From Ionaspis alba (taxonomy: Eukaryota), in NCBI GenBank assembly GCA_964255285.1, contig CAXUUL010000087.1, forward strand, positions 1 through 34,508: 34,508 bases of DNA, read 5' to 3'. Shown here piece by piece: positions 1 to 12,710 of the stretch. Position 1 is the first letter of the stretch. Each line of letters begins with the position of its first letter. The notes beneath the pieces were generated by a model that was not told where the DNA came from, ran no database searches, and saw nothing but the letters and a program-made list of their open reading frames with translations. Both the position numbers and the translations under genes were made by a program.

Positions 1-2
1 GG

Positions 3-167
3 GTAAGGGCGGGAGTTGGTGTCGGCAGGACGGTTGCCTGGGTTAGAGAGGAGCGAGGGTGGTTGAGGGAGCGGAATAAACTGGTAAAGGAGATGAAGGT
101 GGGTAAGGGGGTGACGGTTTATGTTTGTGAGAAGGGGACTTGTAGGGAGGGAAAGGAGTTTCTCTGA
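3..167 (+). CDS. 3' end (partial) of a probable SPATA20/YyaL (DUF255 thioredoxin-domain) family protein
   Basis: Not in the ORF track. Frame 3 is open from the window edge to TGA 165-167: VRAGVGVGRTVAWVREERGWLRERNKLVKEMKVGKGVTVYVCEKGTCREGKEFL*. The WLRERNxL...VxVCExGTCRE ending resembles the C-terminus of fungal SPATA20/YyaL proteins as I recall them. Confidence 0.6.
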   Translation, partial: VRAGVGVGRTVAWVREERGWLRERNKLVKEMKVGKGVTVYVCEKGTCREGKEFL

Positions 168-321
168 GATGGGAGATTTGCGAGTGGACATTTATTGACT
201 GATTGGGTGGCGGGATATTTCCAGGGCAGATCGATTGCCATAGCTAGCGTTAAGCCATCTAATAACCACATTCATCCTATGCATCAAAGGTCTCGATCAT
301 GGCCTACACAATCTTTCCTAC

Positions 322-1452
322 TCAACTCCTGTCCTTCTCATCAAACTTGTTCTTCCAGAAACCCCGATAGTGTTTCTCATTACCAGCCTTTCCCATCTCC
401 TCCACCTCCTTCGGCGTCATCCGAAACGCCAAAGTCCTTAGATAATCACTCAATCTCTCCTCCTTACCACTCGTCGTCACAGCCACAACATCCTGCTCAA
501 TACACCACCTAAGCGCGATCTCCCCTTCACTCACATAATACTTTTTTGCCAACTGCGCCAACAACTCATCGCAGGGTCCTGGCTTGGCTTTCGTGACTGG
601 TGTCAATGGGGCATAGGCAGCGGTTGCGATGTTGTGGCTCTTCTGGAAGGAGAGCAGGGGGCCGTGTTGAAGGTAGGGGTGGTATTCAATTTGGTTGATG
701 CTTGGTGGGATCTTGGCTGTGGCGAGGGTGGCGGTTAGGTGCTGGACGAGGTAGTTGGAGACGCCAATGGAGCGGGCGAGACCGGAGTTCTTGATGGTTT
801 CCATTTGGGCCCACTTTTCTTGGAGGTCGCTGTCTGAGGTTGCGAAGAAGGGGGAATGGATCAAGTAGCTTGGGATATTGTTAGATGGTGTTGGGAAGAG
901 AGGGGGGAAGAGGGACTATACAGATCCACGTAATCTAGTTGCAGCTTTTTCAGACTTTCTTTGATGGCGTTCGGGATGTCCTGGATATTGGTGATTACTT
1001 TGGTGGTCACGAAGAGCTCTTCTCGCGGCACTTTGCTCTCTTTGATGGCGACGCCGAGTTCGGCTTCGGTGTTATATACTTCGGCCCCATCGAGATGGTG
1101 ATAGCCGAGCTTGATGGCTGTTTTGATCTGCTCGACTCGCTCGCGGTCGACTTTGTTGTCGGCTTCTGCTTTGTACATGGCTGTGCCGGTGCCGTAGGCG
1201 AGCTATGGAGGTGGATATGAGTACCAACAGACTGGATGCGGGAATTCAGGGATGGGGGCGGTGGAATACCATTGGTATTGAGGTGCCATCGTTGAGCTTC
1301 AACATTGGCATTTTGTTATCTAATTTAGCCATCGTGGCTCTTCCTGTACTAAAGAAAGATACGGATCGATAACGCGAGATAGAAGCTTGGTAGGGAAAGG
1401 CTCGTTTGACAAATATGGGAAGAGCTCTAGATGTCGGAGAGAGGAGGTTCAT
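322..1452 (-). CDS. NADPH-dependent aldo/keto reductase (conjugated polyketone reductase-like), 3 exons
   Basis: Introns 1203-1269 (GTATTC..ATAG) and 869-921 (GTATAG..CTAAC..CAAG) join LNDGTSIPM|LAYGTGT, YHHLDGAEVY, REELFVTTK, LDYVDL|YLIHSP, GLARSIGVSNY and INQIEYHPY. These include the AKR catalytic D/Y/K/H. The start is ATG 1452 (presequence-like extension) or ATG 1332. Confidence 0.95.
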
Positions 1453-1751
1453 AGACAGCTCGTCAGAGTATACAGGTGCTGTTCCAAGTCAAGGCACGCA
1501 ATTACTTAGGAGAATGATCCAATAAACTCATATTCAACAATGTCGTATATCACATCCGGAGAAGAGATGAAAGATGGAGTTGAACGTTCCAAAAAGAGGA
1601 GGAGCATAGCTAGCCCTATGATATTGCCGTGCCGAGACTGCCGAAGCGAATACTCATCCTCTACTAGCGGAGCCAACCTCGCACAAGCAGCAAGTAGTTG
1701 CACGTCCTTTTTCTTTGTGTGGGTATAGAAGTCGGCATTGAAAATACCAGA

Positions 1752-4022
1752 ATGCCACTCTGCACATGCTGTACGGCTCTGCCGCAATGGCTGCTACCTC
1801 GATATTATGACATGTTTGAGAGCAAGTATCCTAACTATAAACTGCCTCAATATTGGTCACATCAACCAAGCTGGTCCTCACTCGAGATCTCAGCCAGGAC
1901 ATGCGAGCTTTGTGCACTGGTGAAAAACGAATCAGAGCGGCCAAAGACTGCTCATGAAAATGATGTTATGGACACTGCTATAAGTGATATTCCACAGTCA
2001 CCTGCCATTCGCTGTGCCGGGTATGCTGGCGGGCGGCTCGAGTTTATGTGTAACTCGCCGGTGAAGTTTGTGCGGCTTGTCGTGGCTCTCGATGATGGTA
2101 TTGATAGTCAAGAGAGTCTTTGATAGCAGTTAAGTCTGACCGCCATTGCTAGAGTCGATCACAAAGGCTCCCGAGCATCTTGTGAATCTTCTTAGCGCAC
2201 GCATTGTCAACTCGCAAGCAGACTCGGAGCGGAGTTTTGACGTCATCAACAATTGGCTTGCCAGGTGTCTTGTTGAGCATACAAAGTGTGCGGAATGGGA
2301 CAGTCAGTACAAGGGAAGGTCACTTCCAACCAGAGTCTTGAACGTTGGAAGAGATGTAACGCAGGACTTTATTTCTCTTTGTGAGCCTGCGGATGAAGAC
2401 ACCGAGAAGTATCTAGCGCTCAGCCATTGCTGGGGAAAGAGTCCAATCATTACGACGAAAAAGGAGACATTGGGAAAACGCCTAACATCAATACCTCTTT
2501 CTGATCTTTCTAACACTTTTCGCGATGCTGTCATGGTCACCCATAGCCTCGGCATCAAGTACCTGTGGATCGATTCATTGTGTATCATTCAGGATGATTA
2601 CGAGGACTGGACACGAGAAGCAGCGTTGATGTACAGAGTGTACAGTCAAGCACTGGTCACAATCGCGGCCACGGCATCCGCAGATGGTAATGGAGGCTGT
2701 TTTGGACCTCGATCAGCCAGGCATGCCGAACGGGTTCGATTACCTTGGGACCCTCACACGAGTGAACTGTCAATCAGATCCGGTTGGCCTGATGAGCCGC
2801 TCAATTTTTTTGTCGTCCCTGATTTTCGCTCTTTCGAAGAGGAAATCGAAAACAGTCCCCTTTCACGCCGTGGTTGGACTTTCCAGGAACGTGCCTTGGC
2901 CGCTAGGATGATACATTACGGCTCCGAGCTGACCTTCTGGGAGTGCAAGGAAGCATGTATCGGAGAGGACAACGAGATGAAATCTGTCTCCGTGCAAGAT
3001 GGCTTCTTCAATCTCAAGGATATGCTCGTGGCGCTATCAGAGAACCCGGATGTATCGAAACTTCATGACAAGTGGGCTTTTGTGATTGAGGAATTCAGCA
3101 AACGAGCTTTGACTAAGGGAGAGGACAAGATTCCTGCTCTGTCAGGTTTGGCTAGAATTTTCAGTCATGGTGCACTGGGACANNNNNNNNNNNNNNNNNN
3201 NNNNNNNNNNNNNNNNNNNNNNNNNNNNNNNNNNNNNNNNNNNNNNNNNNNNNNNNNNNNNNNNNNNNNNNNNNNNNNNNNNAGATTCCTGCTCTGTCAG
3301 GTTTGGCTAGAATTTTCAGTCATGGTGCACTGGGACATTTCTACGCTGGACTTTGGGAGAAGGACTTTTGTCGTCATCTACTTTGGCACTGTAATAGGTT
3401 TGAAACTGCAGTTGCATCTCGCCGTAGCCCAACTTACAGGTAGCCTTTTTCCCACAAATACTGTACCGTGCCGTATGCTGATCCAGCCCACAGAGCACCG
3501 TCCTGGTCTTGGATGTCCATGGACGGTTTTATCCAGAATCATGCCATTGAGACTCTAATACAGTTCGACGTGCCCTTCCTCTCGTACAACACTCCAGAAA
3601 CCGGGGCGGTCACGGGCGGAGACATAATCCTTAATATCACGGAGATTCGGACAAAATCAGAGAACGACGAGTTTGGGAAGGTAAAAGAAGGCCATATCAA
3701 GGCTACAGGAATTGTCAAGAAAGCATATCGAAGTCTCCAATACCGCGTGCAGAATCCGTTACGTGGGATACATGAGTTGGAATCGAATGACGGGAGCTAC
3801 ATCGGGTTCGGCTGGTGGGACGAGGACCTGGAAGACCGGGATGTCTTGGTTTGCCCGGTTATTTTGTATACGCAGAGGTTTAAGGGATATACAGACGTTG
3901 CTTGCCTCCTACTCGCAAAAGTGGACGGCAAAATTGAGACGTATACCCGTTGTGGAAGAGCAAGAATTAGGTTTTCTTTTTTTCGGGAGGGTCATCGTAT
4001 GACTTCGTTGACTATCGTATAG
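1752..4022 (+). CDS. Heterokaryon incompatibility (HET)-domain protein, 3 exons; apparent frameshift is an assembly artefact
   Basis: HET motifs LPTRVLNV, YLALSHCWG, TFRDAV..LGIKYLWIDSLCIIQDD, WTREAALMYRVYS, RGWTFQERALA, DKIPALSGLA. Introns 2098-2152 and 3440-3493. Collapsing the 55-nt duplication across the N gap gives GHFYAGLW...TY|RAPSWSW and continues to stop 4022. Confidence 0.92.
3128..3337. other. Scaffold gap (N 3183-3282) flanked by an exact 55-nt duplication
   Basis: 3128-3182 equals 3283-3337 (agattcctgctc...ctgggaca). Removing one copy and the Ns restores the HET reading frame. Confidence 0.95.
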
Positions 4023-4782
4023 TCTCATTTCTTTGGAGCTTCTCCGCTCGTCTCCATGTGCCTGTTCTCATATATACACGATTTGTATCTCATTCTAGAG
4101 TTGTCTTCGGAGATGCCTCAGCCATCCAGGCATGCCAAAGAAAGATTTGCGATGCCAATCTGCTTACCGTGAACTTCAGCCGATGAAGTCCGACTGCGAG
4201 GATTGTTTCACGGCAAACGAGGATCTCTCAGCGCTTTTCACGACTTTTGCAGTCTAGCCTGCTCGCCTCGAGCGCTTCTTCCAGTGATCGAAGTCCCGTT
4301 TTCGGGATCGTCGAAGATCGTCAATCTCGCTTATTGGTTACGCACGCGAAGGATTTCAGGGGCTTATCAATTAAGGTAAGGCTAAGTTACTCGAGACTGC
4401 AGTTCTTTCAATATTACCCTCGCAGCCCTTACAACAGCAACCAAAACGTTCCCGATTTTGGATGCCGTTATATGCTTTTAGTGTCCCGTTATCTCGTCCC
4501 AGATTTGCACCATTGTTTCTCGGTCTCGATCTTCAGCAATCGTGCAATCACCGGATCGACTTCTTGATTTCAAATCACAATATTTACTAATTGACTCGTT
4601 GAACCTACCTACTTAATCGCTGCTTTGAGCAGCATGATTCCTGAGCCTTCATCGCCTCAACTCTCCTACATGCGATTGAGTCACATAACTCAGCGTCATC
4701 ATCCTGTCCATTGCTCAATTGACTATTTCGTACACATTGTCTCCCACCAATTGCTCTTCAGTCGCCCGGACCAAACACCACG

Positions 4783-5764
4783 ATGGCCAAACCAACCTTC
4801 CTCTTCGTACCCGGTGCCTGGAGCACTCCCGCTGTGTTCGATCTCCTCACCACTGCTCTCACAACCCATGAATACCGAACCCAAACCATCTCTCTCCCCT
4901 CCGTCGGAGCCAATCCCGGGCTGCACGACTTCTCCGCCGATGTTACCGCCGTCCGCGAGGCGGTCACAACGCTAGCCAACGAAGGTAAAGATGTAATCGT
5001 TGTCATGCATTCCTACGGAGGAATGCCTGGGAGCGAAGCCCTCGAAGGCCTGGGAAAGGAGGAAAGAGAGGCAAAAGGGAAAACGGGAGGAGTGGTGAGA
5101 TTGGTGTACATTATGTCATATGCCGTGCCCGAGGGTTGGCAGTTTACAGAGCGTGGCAATCTAGATCCGTTTCCAGAATGGCAGGACATAGATGCTAAGG
5201 TTAGTGGCTCTTCCGTCTTCATGCCGTTCTCTTTGCCGTTCTATCGTATGGTTCTACTGCCCTCGCTCTGCTCTTCCTTTCTCGGCAAAAGAAACGCCCC
5301 GCCCTTCGCTTTATTCATCGTAGGCACTAGCGGGACTTACTAACACGCTTTACCCCTACCAGACCGGCACCATTACCCTCCCCCCATCAACAGCCCAAAA
5401 CCTCTTCTTCCACGACCTTCCCCCCGTCGAAGCGGCGCGCCAGGTCTCCCTCCTGCAAACTCAAAGCATCGGCGTTTTCTGGTCCAAAACAACGTATGCA
5501 GCTTGGCGCCATATTCCCAGCACGTATGTGCTCTGTGAGGGCGATAGAGCTTTGCCGATTGCGGCGCAGGAAGCGATGCTTGAGAAGTGTCGCCAGGAGG
5601 GTGGGAGGTTTGATGTAGTGGAGAGGTGTGGCCCGAGTTTTGGCCATTTTGTGTTTTTGAGTCGGGTTGAGTGGGTAGTGGGGGTTTTGAGGAAGGCGGC
5701 GGGGGAGGAGGTTAGTGAAGAGGGAGAGGACCTGGGAGCGGGTGAGAAAGAAGTGAATGAGTGA
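4783..5764 (+). CDS. Alpha/beta hydrolase (Abhydrolase_6, methylesterase-like), 2 exons
   Basis: KPTFLFVPGAW oxyanion motif, VVMHSYGG nucleophile elbow, intron 5200-5362 (GTTAGT..CTAAC..CCAG), then exon 2 NLFFHDLP..YAAWRHIPSTYVLCEGDRALP..GHFVFLS, which supplies the catalytic Asp and His. Confidence 0.92.
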
Positions 5765-6053
5765 GCTCGCGCGAGGAAGAGGCAGTTCTACATGGACGGT
5801 GAAGTATAACGGACCGTGGTCCTTCGATTGTAATCTATCTATGTATACCGAAGTTGCATCTAGTTCGTCGGAACATGGAATCGTTTCCTCATTGATAACG
5901 GCTAAAGCTACTGGGATTCGCTGACCTCCCTCGGTGTATCCTACGCGGTTCAATGCGCGAAAAACGATTATGTCCATTCGCCCAAAGATCAAGTTTCCTA
6001 CCTCCGTATGTATACCTTTTATCTTCTATATCCAAATCGATAGAACTACTTTC

Positions 6054-8136
6054 TCAATCCAATGTCCCATTGGTGGAACGCATACGAAGATCTGCATCGT
6101 ATCCATCGTGTGCTTGCACACCTGTGATGACGGACTTGACACGCTCTCCTGCCTTTGAGCCGAGGACGGTTTCGATCTCTTCGAGGGTACGACCTTTTGT
6201 CTCTCTGTAATGTAGAATGTTAGCACTAAAGCTCTCTTGTAATCGAAGGAGCAGAATTTGGTAGAGGTAGGGATGGCTTACGGGTAAATGAAGAATATAA
6301 TGATGAAGAATATCGTTTCGATGCCTCCGAAGAGAAGCCATGTCTGCAGTAGAGAGTATGTGATTAGCGACGATCTTCTTTAGTGGCTGGCCCGTGTGGG
6401 AGAGACTCACATAGCCACTCAGACTATCAAACGTAGGAGTAGCGCTGATCAAGGCGATAAATCCACCTATAACAATATCAGTATTCGACATTTTGACCAG
6501 ATGACAAACCTTTCTTACCTATCATGCTAATGGCATTACCGATCGCAAAACCTCTAGCTCGCAATGGTCCAGCAAACATCTCACAAACGTAAAGATAGAC
6601 GACCGGACTGAAGAACGTGACCCACAGGGTCTGGCTGATGAAATAACAGGCGACGAAGACAATCCCTGCAGCTTTGTTGTTGCTATCATTGTCGAAGTAG
6701 TGCACCGCGATACCACATTGAATGAATAAGAATATCGCAGCTTGGCCAATGCCGACCAAGAAGGCAACTCGTCTGCCCAGCTTGTCGAGCAGCCACGATC
6801 CAAGGATGGCAGCAAAGATCTGAGCGATTGATAATGCTAGATTAATGCCGAATTGAGTGTGCACATCGGTGATGTCAGCATAGGTATACATTCTTCCGAA
6901 GTAGTAGGTCCAAGCACTTTGACCGGCCCAGGGCCAAATGAGCTGACTGCTGAGAGCGACGAAAGTCCTTAGCCGAGCGACCTTGGTGTTCCAGAAAGCA
7001 CTCCAGCCTTCGTTGCGAGCTTCCTGATCGTAGTGGAAAGCGGCCTTCATACCTTCATACTCGGCTTCGGTACGACTGTTGAAGTTGCCGTCGTCAGTGC
7101 CGTGGAAGCGGAGCATGGCCTTTTTGGCGCGTTCTTCTTTGCCTTTTTGATAGTAATATCGAGGTGTCTCGGGAATGAATGGTAGGATGAAGAAGAGCAC
7201 AACGGAAGGGATGTAGGAAATTGCTAGAGAGAGCCGCCAACCCCAATCGCCATCGGAGTAGGTCACTCCGTAGCTGACGGCAGAGGCGAGCGTGCTGAAG
7301 ATGCAGCCGGAGATGAGAGAGGTGCCGGAGAGGAAACCTCGCTCTTTTTGATTGGCGACTTCGGCGGTGTAGATTTGGAAGCCCAGAATCAGCAAGCCGA
7401 TCGCTGCTCCTTGGACCACGCGTGCGAAGATAAGGGTTCCGACATTTGGTGCCCAGATGAGGAGAGAGGTAGATAGTAAGACCAGAACGGTTCCAGCGTG
7501 GAGAGTTGCCTTGCGTCCGAATCTGTCTGCCACCCATCCACCGCAAAGACCGCCGAGTAGTTGTCCAAGTCTGATAACTCATTAGCCCTCCAGGTCCGAA
7601 AGATAGAGCTTGTTGAGCCTTACGAATAAATAGGGCCGATCAAGATATTGGCCGTATATGGGAGTACCCCATCTTCTCCGTATCCCATGTCTTCTTCAGT
7701 CAGCATCAACCATATAATCCAGTTGCGAGGGATAGCACTGACGAGAAATGAATTGAGGCATGTTTAGCACTGAACTCATCACGCTCGCTTCGTAACTCCA
7801 GCCATCGCCACTGATACTCAAGATAAAGATTACAATCCACCTATAACGCGTAGACTTTTTGGTCGATAATAGCTGATCGTCCGGCGAGGCATGAATGATC
7901 GAGTCAAACTTCTTATCCTCGGTCGACTCCATACTGTCGTTTCTTCTCTTCTTTTTCACAGGTCTTTGTCGAGTCTGCCCAGATATTGAAGAGTGTGAAG
8001 GAAATTCAGCGTCCCCAGCCAGTAGATGTCTAGATTCGGCCTCCTCCCCATCATCCACTATCTCGTCATCAACCAGATCGCCGGCGATAGTTGTGTGACC
8101 GCCCACCAATCTCCTCGCCTCTTCAGTAGAATGCAT
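6054..8136 (-). CDS. MFS sugar porter family transporter, 6 exons
   Basis: Motifs ADRFGRK, FARVVQG, YTAEVA..ERG, IPETPRY, LDKLGRR, LRARG, PETKGRTLEEI. Introns 7691-7742, 7571-7623, 6467-6518, 6344-6410, 6205-6281. The start is uncertain: ATG 8136 or the downstream MESTEDKK ATG near 7932. Confidence 0.9.
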
Positions 8137-8171
8137 GTTACACACCCTGCAGGTCGCAGCACGTAGTGCGT

Positions 8172-8837
8172 GCGGGGTAAAGCAGAGATACTCTCGAGGA
8201 AAAACAAATGTAGTACTTCTACACTTCTATGCAACGTGTGCCGAACGAGCAGTATTTAGTCTTAGCCACCGAAAGACAACATGGCTTGACGTTAGCCAGA
8301 CGTATGATTCATAGTTTGTGATCGCCTTATCTCATGCCTTTTTTCGGTCTCAGGATCATGCGATGGCGACCTGGACATGGCAGCTGCGAGTGACTGACTT
8401 GCGGCACGTTGGTGCCCTGCGTATAAATCACCCAGTGGAAGGGAAGGAGAGGCACGGGCGCGAGGTCCTGGGTTGGCTTGAGGGAGGTGCGGAATATTGG
8501 AAGACCCAATGACATCCCTATCCCGTGGGGACTCAGCCCGTGGGGGTGCCATAGGATGCTCATCCCTGTTGGATTCTGCATTCCAACCTGCCTTCTGGAG
8601 CATCTTGAAGGTAGCCACAAATCTCATTTGCACGAGATAGACGAGCTGCAATGGAGAGGTCACATATGCTTTAGCACGAACAGTCTAGACGTTGGAGAGC
8701 ACAGCTGGTAAAAACTTGACAGTACTGGGAGAGCCGCAAGAGCGGTTCCCGCGCTCTTAACCAAGGGGTTGCACCCCACAAGGAGATACGGCCCCGCGGG
8801 CCGGTCTTAGTGGAGTAGCCACTAAACAGGCGTGGGG
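8172..8837. promoter_or_regulatory. Cluster of CreA/Mig1-type SYGGRG sites in the divergent MFS / SelO promoter
   Basis: SYGGRG matches at 8172-8177, 8525-8530, 8540-8545 (within tandem CCCGTGGGG), 8774-8779 (rev), 8792-8797 (rev) and 8832-8837, upstream of a sugar transporter. Confidence 0.5.
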
Positions 8838-9119
8838 CCCCCGTTCCTCTCAGCCAATGTTGTCCGCTTCGGCAGGAGCACAAGGGGTTGGAGGGAACGA
8901 GCTTTGTAACACGGTTCCCAATGGGAGAACAATGGCTATATGCTCTGTACAAAGATTCTTCAACGAACATATGAGAGCAGGAGACAAATATAGATCATGA
9001 TTGTACATGACTGCTACTTTTCTTCTTTTGGGGCAAGCTCCCGCAATGCCGCTGGCTTGCTGACGGATCCGGCCAGCTAGGGGCCCACTCGGCCGTTCGT
9101 CCTTCGACCTTATGACGCC

Positions 9120-11324
<2,205 letters not shown>

Positions 11325-11628
11325 CTTTGCTCGCTTTGGAGCTGAGCAGCACTTTTGTTGTAGATCGTTGGTGTCATCAGGCATGTAGAAGCCATTGCGC
11401 CGTTAAATGCACTTTCTAATGTATTCATATGCATCTGCGCCATGTCGTAAGCGGCTCAGTCTCTGAAGAGGTCCTGACTGCATTTCCTGTTCATGTGTTC
11501 ATAAATACATATGGGCCTGCGTTATATCTCTCATATTGGTCAATCACATATTCTTCGTCTGCGGTACTCATTGTCTCTTGTATGAGCTGAAAACTTCTAA
11601 TAAGTCGATAAAGTGAAGCGCAATAGCA

Positions 11629-12519
11629 ATGCGTACAATTCCTATGGAAGTCTCATCAAGCAAAGACCGTTCGACCAAGCTTCCGAGAATAGTTTGCTAT
11701 CATCAAACGCACTACCATCATGGAACATTTGTCTCAATACTCCCTCTGATCAAGACTGAAGCAACGCATGTTGTCATCGCAGCCATCCATATCAACTCAC
11801 GAGAAAGTATCACTCTGAACGATGATCCTTATCAGAGTCCTAAGAATGTGCCACTATGGAGTGAGGTCCATACTCTCCAGCAAGAAGGGTTCAAAGTCCT
11901 CGGCATGCTAGGCGGAGCTGCTCAAGGCACTTTCATCAAGCTAGATGGGAACATCGAGAGTTTCGAAGCCTACTACAGCCTATTATATCAAATGGTTTCA
12001 TGGACTGGTCTTGACGGCCTCGACATCGACGTCGAAGAAGCAATGTCTATAGCTGGTATCATTCGTCTGATTCATCGACTCAAATTGGATTTCGGGCAAG
12101 ACTTTCTCATTACCCTCCCACCGATTGCCACGGCGATGGTGAATCAGCAGAATCTCTCAGGGTTTGATTACGAGGTCTTGGAAAAGGCCTTCGCTGCGAA
12201 TGTCGCTTGGTATAATGTCCAGTTCTACAACGGATGGGGGAGCATGAAGACCACAAAGGATTATGAGAGAATCATTGCTCGTGGCTGGCCGGCTAGCAAG
12301 GTCGTTGTCGGTCTTGTGACGAATCCTGAGAATGGTACGGGGTGGGTACCCGATAAACTATTGCGCGGTACGTTGACCGCTCTGAGAATGAAGTATCCTG
12401 ACTTTGGAGGGGTGATGGGTTGGGAATATTTCAACTCGATGACGGAGGAAGATGGGCATGGAAATCCATGGTGTTGGGCACAATTCATGGGAAAGACCCT
12501 TCGAGACTCAAGAGAATAG
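11629..12519 (+). CDS. Glycoside hydrolase family 18, no signal peptide; resembles fungal cytosolic endo-beta-N-acetylglucosaminidases (Eng18B-type)
   Basis: Catalytic DGLDIDVEE (DxxDxDxE), KVLGMLGGAAQG, RIVCYHQT, WYNVQFYNGWG, FGGVMGWEYFNS. Single exon with a hydrophilic N-terminus. GH18 is secure; ENGase versus chitinase is inference. Confidence 0.88.
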   Translation: MRTIPMEVSSSKDRSTKLPRIVCYHQTHYHHGTFVSILPLIKTEATHVVIAAIHINSRESITLNDDPYQSPKNVPLWSEVHTLQQEGFKVLGMLGGAAQGTFIKLDGNIESFEAYYSLLYQMVSWTGLDGLDIDVEEAMSIAGIIRLIHRLKLDFGQDFLITLPPIATAMVNQQNLSGFDYEVLEKAFAANVAWYNVQFYNGWGSMKTTKDYERIIARGWPASKVVVGLVTNPENGTGWVPDKLLRGTLTALRMKYPDFGGVMGWEYFNSMTEEDGHGNPWCWAQFMGKTLRDSRE

Positions 12520-12710
12520 TAGGAGTAAGCCAATTGAATCCGCTGTTACCAGGTCCCCGCTTTGTGATACCGAAGCCAGAAAGATTCTGATCTGATCTGT
12601 ATTCAGAGGACATTTTGCTGGCTGTATGGCATGCACTCTATTGTACCACACCCTTGCTATATGTCACGTCTTTCGAGACCTCGGCGTTCCTGCTAACGGA
12701 ACAAGCCTGA

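Noticed and set aside
3128..3337. Direct repeats around N gaps as TE target-site duplications, or HET as a frameshifted pseudogene
   Set aside because: The same 55-nt length at two gaps and perfect frame restoration on collapse point to assembly overlap.
5387..5992. 201-aa minus-strand ORF
   Set aside because: Overlaps hydrolase exon 2 on the opposite strand; no recognisable features.
322..8136. AKR + hydrolase + MFS as a secondary metabolite cluster
   Set aside because: No PKS, NRPS, terpene synthase or cluster transcription factor in the window, and the transporter is a sugar porter, not a drug exporter.
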